Made by a program: the position numbers and the translations under genes. A DNA stretch of 64,000 nucleotides from a virus (lineage: Duplodnaviria > Caudoviricetes): the IMG/VR virus record IMGVR_UViG_3300010352_001202; one strand, 5' to 3'. Every line of letters begins with the position of its first letter. The stretch's first letter is position 1. The notes under the pieces were generated by a model. That model did not search any database and was not told where the DNA came from. It saw only the letters and a program-made list of their open reading frames with translations. Shown piece by piece: positions 36,052-43,750 of the stretch.

Positions 36052-37069
36052 AGCAGTCCCGTATCTGATCCAAGGCAAGAATATTATCCTTGTGATCAAT
36101 GGCAAAAGTCACACAATTTCCAAGGACACACATATTGCCTACGGCAAGATTGTCGACGCTCTAAAGGCGCAGGATTGGGAAGAGTTGCATAACCTTGTCG
36201 AGCCAGCAAAGGCCATTGTTGATTTTGGCAATGGCAATGTATCGATCGAAGGAAACAAGGTATTCTGGAAAGGCCAGCCGTTCCACAACAGTCTTGCCTC
36301 GCGTATGATTGAAATGTACCAAGACGGATTTCCGATTGACCCGATGGTTCGCTTCATGGAAAACTTGATGGACAACCCATCTAAGCGTTCTGTGGACCAA
36401 GTGTACGGCTTCCTGGAAAAGAACAAGCTTCCAATTACGGAAGATGGTTATTTCCTTGCGTACAAGCGTGTTCGCAGCGATTACAAGGACATTCACTCCG
36501 GCACTATTGATAACAGTGTTGGACAAATTGTCGAGATGGATCGTAATCTGGTCGATGACAATCCGGAATCGCATTGCTCTACCGGTCTTCACTTCTGCAG
36601 CGAAAGCTACCTTGGTGAATTTGGCAGCGCATCGCAGCCTGTCATGATCCTGAAAATTAGCCCTGCTGATGTCGTTAGCATTCCTACCGACTACAACGGT
36701 GCTAAGGGTCGTTGCATGCGATACGAAGTGGTTGCACAAGTCAATGGTAAGCCTGCTGATGCGTTCAGTGCTGTAGTGAATAACGACTATTCGCCGAAGC
36801 CTGCTGCTAAGGTTCCGGAACACAAGACATTGAACCCTGCTGCTGCGTGGCCTTTCGCGACCGGTGCCAATGCTCCTATTGTGGAGACTTTGAGTCCTAC
36901 TCCACGAAAGACTGCACAGTTGTATGACCTGGTTCGTGTTTTTGGCGACTGGGAAGAATATACCGGACTTACGCTCGACGAAGCCCGCGAGCAGAAGGAT
37001 CGTAATGCAAGGCAGAAGAAGGCCCAATTGAAGATTGTTGAAGCTGGCACAAGGAAAGAAGTCCAGTAA
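36044..37069 (+). CDS. rIIB: RIIB protein
   Basis: PITEDGYFLAYK, CSTGLH, PADVVSIP, KGRC. Confidence 0.93.
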   Translation: MSKAVPYLIQGKNIILVINGKSHTISKDTHIAYGKIVDALKAQDWEELHNLVEPAKAIVDFGNGNVSIEGNKVFWKGQPFHNSLASRMIEMYQDGFPIDPMVRFMENLMDNPSKRSVDQVYGFLEKNKLPITEDGYFLAYKRVRSDYKDIHSGTIDNSVGQIVEMDRNLVDDNPESHCSTGLHFCSESYLGEFGSASQPVMILKISPADVVSIPTDYNGAKGRCMRYEVVAQVNGKPADAFSAVVNNDYSPKPAAKVPEHKTLNPAAAWPFATGANAPIVETLSPTPRKTAQLYDLVRVFGDWEEYTGLTLDEAREQKDRNARQKKAQLKIVEAGTRKEVQ

Positions 37070-37074
37070 GGTTT

Positions 37075-37262
37075 AGTGTGTGGTTTTGTAGGGCCGGTTG
37101 AGTACCTGCGGTCAAGAAATAGCGCCTCTGGATTTATAGCCGTATACGGCTACCATGTGTCTACTAAGGGCGGCCCGGCACTTTCTTCTACAGAAGGAAT
37201 GTAACCGCGGGGGATCCTAAACGCAGGACGGGGAACTTAGGTGGGGAACCTGAGTACACACT
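37075..37262 (+). ncRNA. Unknown structured RNA or leader (~190 nt)
   Basis: AGTGTGT/ACACACT closing helix; several GC-rich helices. Confidence 0.55.
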
Positions 37263-37266
37263 TTGG

Positions 37267-37297
37267 ATGGTAGTGGGGCAACTCACTACCATTTTTT
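37267..37297 (+). terminator. Intrinsic terminator
   Basis: ATGGTAGTG...CACTACCAT-TTTTT. Confidence 0.8.
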
Positions 37298-37311
37298 ACG
37301 GAGAAAAAGAA

Positions 37312-38166
37312 ATGTTAAAATTAGGTTTTATAGGATACGGGTTTGTAGGCAAAGCATGTCATTATGCCTTCAAATATAATTCCGAAGCTACAGTGGTTGA
37401 TCCCAAGCATACTCATCTTTCAGTTGCAGAGTTGGTAGATATAAATCCGCATGCTATCTTTGTGTCTATAAATGCGCCTACACTTGATGACAGAACAGTG
37501 GATGCATCTGTAATTTACACGATTTTTAGTCAATTAGTACAGGCAAAGTATGCGGGCATAGTCGTGCTAAAGAGCACATTGCCACCTGAAATAGTAGACG
37601 ATTTATATGTGAAATATGGCCATTCTAAAGTAATGGAAAAGCAGGGACCGTTGCGCTATGTATATTCACCAGAATTCTTAAGAGAAGATCATTGGGAAGA
37701 AGATGCAGTAAATCCACGAATGATTATTCTTGCTGGAGATTGGCATGATTGTAAAGAAGTACAACTCATGTATGAAAGACATTCGCATGTAAAGCATCCA
37801 AAATTTCGATTTGTTGATTATAAAGAAGCAGCATTATTGAAATACACAATCAATGCTTTTTTGGCAAGCAAGGTTGTATTCATGAATCAGATATATCAAC
37901 TTTATAGTGATATACATGGTGGAGGAAAAATACATCCGGAATCATGGGACGATTTTATTCAGATATTGGGCGATGATTATCGTTTAGGATCTAGTCATAT
38001 GGCTGTTCCGGGAAACGACGGACAGTTCGGATACGGTGGTTCGTGCTTTCCAAAAGATGTAAAAGCAATGATCGGATTTGATAAGAATGAGAGATTGACT
38101 GTTCTGCGCGAATCCGAATTAGCCAATACGAAAATTAGGTTGACCGGCGACATAGATCCCGACTAA
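37312..38166 (+). CDS. UDP-glucose/GDP-mannose dehydrogenase family protein
   Basis: GYGFVG, LKST, SPEFLRE, KY..N.FLA.K, GYGGSCFPKD. Confidence 0.9.
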   Translation: MLKLGFIGYGFVGKACHYAFKYNSEATVVDPKHTHLSVAELVDINPHAIFVSINAPTLDDRTVDASVIYTIFSQLVQAKYAGIVVLKSTLPPEIVDDLYVKYGHSKVMEKQGPLRYVYSPEFLREDHWEEDAVNPRMIILAGDWHDCKEVQLMYERHSHVKHPKFRFVDYKEAALLKYTINAFLASKVVFMNQIYQLYSDIHGGGKIHPESWDDFIQILGDDYRLGSSHMAVPGNDGQFGYGGSCFPKDVKAMIGFDKNERLTVLRESELANTKIRLTGDIDPD

Positions 38167-38174
38167 AATGCAGT

Positions 38175-38630
38175 ATGATTAATATTCCTGAAATCAAAAG
38201 AATAATGGCAAATCTTGCCAGAGCAAAGAATGACCCATTGCTCGAATTCGTTATGAATGGCGAACCCGATGCGCTCGAGTTGGAAAGAATTCGCGACGAA
38301 AATCTTCAGCTTTTATTTACAATCACTCGTAAATATAGGGTAAGATACATCTATATTGACAAGACTGAAATCTGCGGTTGCGAAAGTAAGAATGATAACG
38401 GTGGCACTTGGCCTGCGATGTGGGCGATTGCCAAGGCTGTTGGATTTCCTGCTTCCTGCGGAAATCACGATCAATATCAGTGCCACAATTGTGGTATTGT
38501 ATTTCCTAAAGATTCTTACGGAGCATGGGACCTGAAGGAAAAAAGAAAGCTTTCCGATGATGAAGCCGAAAAGTTGAAGTTTCATAGAGTAGCTCATCAT
38601 TTTAGAAGGCAGGATAAGGAGTACGCATGA
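38175..38630 (+). CDS. Hypothetical protein
   Basis: 151 aa ORF. Confidence 0.6.
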   Translation: MINIPEIKRIMANLARAKNDPLLEFVMNGEPDALELERIRDENLQLLFTITRKYRVRYIYIDKTEICGCESKNDNGGTWPAMWAIAKAVGFPASCGNHDQYQCHNCGIVFPKDSYGAWDLKEKRKLSDDEAEKLKFHRVAHHFRRQDKEYA

Positions 38631-39001
38631 AATATTTGTTTATCGATGATGAAAGAATGCCAAAGGATGTTACCTGGGTTCTTATTGGTAATGTAGGAAG
38701 CTGGGGTGCGGATTGGGCAATCGTGCGTTCTCTTGAAGAAGCAATTACATGGGTGCTCGACAACGGATTTCCTGATGTGATTAGCTTTGACCACGATTTG
38801 GGAGAAGCGCACTATGCTATGGATTATTCCGATGGTAAAACTGGGTATGATTTTGCCCTGTGGTTGACTGAGCACGATATGGATACAAATACCATGCCGG
38901 AAAACTTCAGCTTCACAGTTCACAGTAAAAACCCTGTGGGCGGGGCCAATATCCAATCACTGCTAAATAACTATATACGGGTAAAGAAGGAAAGAAAATG
39001 A
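38627..39001 (+). CDS. Cyclic-phosphate-processing receiver-domain protein
   Basis: LFIDDER, ISFDHDLG, TGYD, HSKNPVG. Confidence 0.8.
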   Translation: MKYLFIDDERMPKDVTWVLIGNVGSWGADWAIVRSLEEAITWVLDNGFPDVISFDHDLGEAHYAMDYSDGKTGYDFALWLTEHDMDTNTMPENFSFTVHSKNPVGGANIQSLLNNYIRVKKERK

Positions 39002-39248
39002 GCTCAGGTATTTTGAGAAGTTGGTATCTTGCCAAGATGAAAAAGGCAAAAGATCCTGTAGAGTATTTCTATGCGATGCAGGAATTTGTGCTTTACGAGA
39101 TTGGTGTTTTCAACTTCAATCTGTCGAAGTATTTTTAATCAGAAATTGATAAATACTCATAACACCCTTAGGACCATTGGTGTTACGCCAACAGGCGTCG
39201 TGGGGAGGTAATTCGCTACTATCTCCCCATTTTCGCATCGGAGATGTT

Positions 39249-39416
39249 ATGAGATTGTTTGAATTATTTGAAGCTAAAGCTGATAAAAAGGTTGTCGTCA
39301 AAGCGGCAAAACCTCGTAATTTTGTGGCAAAGAACGCAAAGACATCCGGTGCAGGTGCGCACAAAACTAAGGATAAAAAGCTAAAAAGAGACGAGAAGAG
39401 ACTCGCCGACGAATAA
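39249..39416 (+). CDS. Small basic putative head protein
   Basis: MRLFELFEA; KPRNFVAK...GAGAH; late promoter at 39148. Confidence 0.65.
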   Translation: MRLFELFEAKADKKVVVKAAKPRNFVAKNAKTSGAGAHKTKDKKLKRDEKRLADE

Positions 39417-39518
39417 AATCCTTAAGTAACTAATATCCAAAAACGCAACTAAACCACATTTAGTTGCGTTTCTGTTTTATAAGTAGCTAAAATAGCTAAG
39501 TATCAAAAGGATATTAAG

Positions 39519-40682
39519 ATGGCAAAGAAAAAAACTACCGGTGTACATGTAAGTTGGCCTAAGCCGAGCTTCGCTACCGTTGTTAAAACACATAAACATT
39601 TCAGAACAAACTTTCAAGGAGCAATGATGTACGCTCACTATGAGTTGACTGCCATTGACTTGAAAAAAGAAGTTGTGAAATATTTGAAGCATTTAGATGT
39701 AAAGCATCCTATGCTCGAGCGCATTAAAGATATTGATGAGAATAGATTTGCCACTGTCGGTAAGTATATGTATATTCTTAATCATGGCGCCGATATTCCT
39801 GATGATATCATGACCGGATTAATGCCTGCTATGGAGAAGGTTGTTAATGAGGAAGAAGAAAAGGCCGCAGCGATCAAAAAAGAAGCCGATTATATCGCAT
39901 CTCAGGAGGCAGGTAGTAAGCCTGTTAACGAGAGTCCTAAGATTGTTATCTCTATCCAAGACAGGCTCCGCGAAAGGTCGAGAGAAGTTGCGGGGGAGGT
40001 GGAAGGGTGGTTAGACGACTTTGTGCTGGATAAGAAACTTCCTGCTAAGACTGTAGAGGAATTTGTTAATCTATTCAAATCAAACGAGCTAAAGGCTCCG
40101 CATGCACGCCACATGCATACAATCTTTGAAAGGCGTGCAGCAGAAATAGCAGAGGCAGCAGAAGGTACAAATAAAGACCTCAGCGAAGGCTATTCTAACT
40201 TTACAAAGCCAGAGCTGAAGAAGCTAGATCTATTCCACAAGAATTTATTAAAGGCCTGCGCAATGATGCAGGAAGTTGCTAAGGTTGAAAGAGCACCACG
40301 CAAGAAGAAGCCAGTATCACAGGATAAACTTGTATCTAAGCTCAAGTACAAGAAAGAGGATAGTTCATTAGGAATTGTAAGTTTAAATCCTGTACATATT
40401 CTTGGATCTAAGGAAGTATGGGTGTATAATACAAAAACCAGGAAGCTTGCACAGTACAAGGCAGTTGACGAGCGCGGCCTGCTTGTTAAGGGCGCTAGCC
40501 TAGAGAATTTTTCTACAGATTCTGCAGAAAAAACGCTACGCAAACCTGCCGAAGCACTCGCCGAGTTCAAGAAGGCTAGCAAGGTGAAGCTTAGAACCTT
40601 TTTAAAGGAATTAAGCACATTGGACACACCGGCTGGAGGCAAGCTAAACGAGCATCATGTAATCTTAAGGATTGATAAATGA
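39519..40682 (+). CDS. Conserved-type hypothetical phage protein
   Basis: 387 aa; C-terminal VWVYNTKTRKL...KTLRKP. Confidence 0.7.
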   Translation: MAKKKTTGVHVSWPKPSFATVVKTHKHFRTNFQGAMMYAHYELTAIDLKKEVVKYLKHLDVKHPMLERIKDIDENRFATVGKYMYILNHGADIPDDIMTGLMPAMEKVVNEEEEKAAAIKKEADYIASQEAGSKPVNESPKIVISIQDRLRERSREVAGEVEGWLDDFVLDKKLPAKTVEEFVNLFKSNELKAPHARHMHTIFERRAAEIAEAAEGTNKDLSEGYSNFTKPELKKLDLFHKNLLKACAMMQEVAKVERAPRKKKPVSQDKLVSKLKYKKEDSSLGIVSLNPVHILGSKEVWVYNTKTRKLAQYKAVDERGLLVKGASLENFSTDSAEKTLRKPAEALAEFKKASKVKLRTFLKELSTLDTPAGGKLNEHHVILRIDK

Positions 40683-40906
40683 CAGAGGATGACACATTCA
40701 GAATCCTTACAACTCGAATACCATTCTACGAAATGATGAAAATATATCGTTCCGGTATTGGTCCTAAATGGCCAAATAATAGGGGAAACGAGTGGGAAGT
40801 TTTTATGGCAAAATACGGATGGACCTGGGAAGAATTTGTTAAACAGTGGAGAGATTGGAATGGTGGTGTTGGCACCTATTCCGACTTTGAGAAGAGCAAA
40901 AAATGA
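40679..40906 (+). CDS. Hypothetical protein
   Basis: 75 aa coupled ORF. Confidence 0.55.
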   Translation: MTEDDTFRILTTRIPFYEMMKIYRSGIGPKWPNNRGNEWEVFMAKYGWTWEEFVKQWRDWNGGVGTYSDFEKSKK

Positions 40907-40926
40907 AATTATTTTTAGATACAGAA
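40903..40926 (+). pseudogene. 5' remnant of the exonuclease gene
   Basis: ATGAAATTATTTTTAGATACAGAA encodes MKLFLDTE; the gene at 41705 begins MLLFLDTE. Confidence 0.8.
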
Positions 40927-40962
40927 CCAATATGATAAATACTTCCATAGATTGAGGTATAT

Positions 40963-41736
40963 ATGATACACGATAGGCAAGTTATATTAGGTGATAGTAT
41001 AAAAGATATAGATGATAAGAATAGCCAATTGCATAGACTGAAATTGCAGTGCGATGAATGTAATTTAATTTATGGAACAACAGTAGGAAACTGGAAAAAA
41101 AGAAAATCTAAAAATCCAGAATCTTTAGACCTATGCAAATTTTGCCTGAAGAAAGGCGCCCGCAATCCATCATTTGGTAAAGACAGATCAGATGTTATGA
41201 AATATGCCAGGCAATTTCAAAAAATAAATGGAATGTCAGGTAGACACCACTCCGCTGAGACACGAGCATTACAATCTAAGAGTAAGGTAGATTTAATAGC
41301 AGATGGAAAGTTTAATATAAAAAGTTGTAATAGAGGTAGAAAAGCTTATTATGTTTCTACTAAATCTAATACACAATTTCATGCAGACTCTATCTTAGAA
41401 TTAGCAAGAATGATTGAACTAGATAATGATGTAAATGTTGTATCTTGGACAAAATATCACAGAATACGAATACCTTATGTATTCGAAGGTACGAATCATA
41501 ACTATGTTCCTGATTTTTTAATAGAATTTAAGTCTGGTGAAAAAACAATTGAAGAAGTAAAAGGCAGGATTATTCCGCGTGATTTAGAAAAACAAAATGC
41601 CTGCAAGAAATATTGCATTGAAAATAAGTATCTGTATAAAATGTTTACAGGAAAAGATTTGCAGGATATAAAAATGTATAAACAATTATTAAAGGAATCT
41701 AAACATGCTTCTCTTCCTGGACACCGAATTCACTGA
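40963..41736 (+). mobile_element. TnsA-like PD-(D/E)xK endonuclease
   Basis: DSILE...YVPDFLI...EEVKG; NUMOD3-like GRHHSAETR. Confidence 0.85.
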
Positions 41737-42184
41737 TTTACACCACGAAGCAAAGCTTATCAGTATCGCATTGGTTTCGGAAGACGGCAAATCGTTTTAT
41801 GCCGAGCTTGCAGATACCTATGAACGGTGTGAATGTTCCGACTTTGTTATGAATTTTGTTTTGCCTTTCCTGAAGGGTGGCGAATATAAAATGACAGAAT
41901 CAGAATGTGCTCTAAAAATGGCAACATGGATAGAAGAGCAGGGGCATGAATTTATTATTGCTTGTGATAATATTTCGTGGGATCTTCCACATTTGAGAAG
42001 GTTGCTGAATAAGACAACTGTCTGGCCCTCGAATCTTGATAAGAATGATTATTACAAATTCATAATTATGGATGACGATCTTGAACAAATTGTCTTAGAG
42101 AATAATTTTGATGTCCATAATGCGCTCGATGATGCTATGGTAATGATGCTGGCAAACAAGGCAGGAAAAGCTTACGAGTATTGA
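41705..42184 (+). CDS. DEDDh 3'-5' exo(ribo)nuclease
   Basis: FLDTEF, LISIALV, WD, HNALDDA. Confidence 0.88.
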   Translation: MLLFLDTEFTDLHHEAKLISIALVSEDGKSFYAELADTYERCECSDFVMNFVLPFLKGGEYKMTESECALKMATWIEEQGHEFIIACDNISWDLPHLRRLLNKTTVWPSNLDKNDYYKFIIMDDDLEQIVLENNFDVHNALDDAMVMMLANKAGKAYEY

Positions 42185-42215
42185 TAAATAGTGTATCACT
42201 GGAGTTGATACACTT

Positions 42216-42968
42216 ATGTCCGCACAAATAACACCAAGAGTTTTGTTAATGAAGCAAATCGAGCTTATGCTCGGTGCGCAAATGGTTGATATTGAGTTAG
42301 ACGTAGATCACTTGAATACTGCTATAACGATTGGTCTTCAGAAATTGCGTCAGCAATCAGACGGAGCTAATCTCGAGAAAGACATTTTCCTACACATTAC
42401 ACGAGACATATCAGAGTATACTCTTCCAGATGAAGTGCAAGAAGTGAGACGTCTATACCGCCGTGGTGTCGGTGCATACACAAACGGTGGAATAAATTTC
42501 GACCCGGTAGATGCTGCATTCTATAATATCTATTTGCTACAACCAAATAGATCAGGTGGTCTAGCAACCTGGGACTTTTATAATCAATTCCTTGAGACAA
42601 CGGAGCGTCTCTTTGCAAGTCAGTATAATTTCACTTGGGATGTGAATAATCACAAATTAACAATTGTTCGTAGGCCTACAGCCGATGAGGAAGTTGTTGT
42701 TCGTGTTTATGCTAAAAAATCCGAAGATGATTTAATGAATGACCCTTATTCCGGTCCCTGGTTGCGTTCGTATGCTTATGCGCAAGCAAAATATATGTTG
42801 GGAGAAGCTAGAGATAAATTCCCTAGCGGATTCCCTGGACCGAGCGGTAATGTTATGTTAAACGGTGCAACACTTAAACAGGAAGCTACCGTTGAAATTG
42901 AAAAACTTGAGAAACAATTATTAGATCTAGTCACAAGTTCGGATGGTTATGGTTTTGTGATTGGCTAA
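42216..42968 (+). CDS. Neck protein (gp13-like)
   Basis: LGAQMVDIELD; AKYMLGEARDKF...GPSG..LNG; late promoter. Confidence 0.8.
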   Translation: MSAQITPRVLLMKQIELMLGAQMVDIELDVDHLNTAITIGLQKLRQQSDGANLEKDIFLHITRDISEYTLPDEVQEVRRLYRRGVGAYTNGGINFDPVDAAFYNIYLLQPNRSGGLATWDFYNQFLETTERLFASQYNFTWDVNNHKLTIVRRPTADEEVVVRVYAKKSEDDLMNDPYSGPWLRSYAYAQAKYMLGEARDKFPSGFPGPSGNVMLNGATLKQEATVEIEKLEKQLLDLVTSSDGYGFVIG

Positions 42969-43034
42969 CGAAAATTGCGAACCCCTAAGCAAATCGTGTA
43001 TAACTACATGTAAATATAGCTTAGGGGTTTTCTT

Positions 43035-43667
43035 ATGATTATTGGATTGTTAGGTCTGATCAACAGCGGTAAAGGAACAGTTGCTTCACAGTTAGTAGAT
43101 AATTTCAATTTTAGGCAAGACAGTTTCGCTGCCGGGTTGAAAGATGCTTGCGCTGTGATGTTCGATTGGCCTCGTCATTTGCTCGAGGGTGATACAAAAG
43201 AATCAAGAGAGTGGCGAGAAATTGTTGATCCTTGGTGGTCAGAAAAATTGGGCATGCCTAATTTCAGTCCGCGCCTTGCTTTGCAGGTTATTGGAACAGA
43301 CGCACTAAGAAATAATTTCCACGAAGACATCTGGTTCCTGACATTGCAAAACAGGATTAGAAAAAATCCTAACCAGCATGTGGTTATTAGTGATGTACGC
43401 TTTCCAAATGAAATCGATTTCATTCGATCTAATGGTGGCATCCTGGTGAAAATTAATCGTGGCCCTGCTCCCGTATGGTATGAAACAGCATTATTGGCAA
43501 ATAAAGGTAATTCGATTGCTAGGGATGTTATGACGCAAACTTATTCCGGTGCACATTTTAGTGAATGGGCATGGGTTGGCTCGAAAATTGATTTTGAGGT
43601 AAATAATGATGGAAGCCTGGAGTTCCTTGAAGGCCAAGTAAAGGAAATTGTGAGTAAAATTCTCTAG
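43035..43667 (+). CDS. dNMP kinase (T4 gp1-like)
   Basis: GLINSGKGT, PRLALQVIGTD, ISDVRFPNE. Confidence 0.92.
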   Translation: MIIGLLGLINSGKGTVASQLVDNFNFRQDSFAAGLKDACAVMFDWPRHLLEGDTKESREWREIVDPWWSEKLGMPNFSPRLALQVIGTDALRNNFHEDIWFLTLQNRIRKNPNQHVVISDVRFPNEIDFIRSNGGILVKINRGPAPVWYETALLANKGNSIARDVMTQTYSGAHFSEWAWVGSKIDFEVNNDGSLEFLEGQVKEIVSKIL

Positions 43668-43750
43668 AGCTTCATTTGCCATATATTTAACACCCTTATT
43701 GATAAATACTCATAACAAGAAGTATAATTCTTCAGAAGGAGTTAAATTAC

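Noticed and set aside
34882-37027. Long minus-strand ORFs (407 aa, 288 aa) and similar antisense ORFs elsewhere
   Set aside because: They are shadows of rIIA, rIIB and other well-supported + strand genes, with no motifs of their own.
37075-37262. HDV-like/theta, glmS or pistol ribozyme
   Set aside because: Only partial resemblance (crossing helices, AGCGCC). The catalytic C in J4/2, GACGAGG and the pistol P1 are missing.
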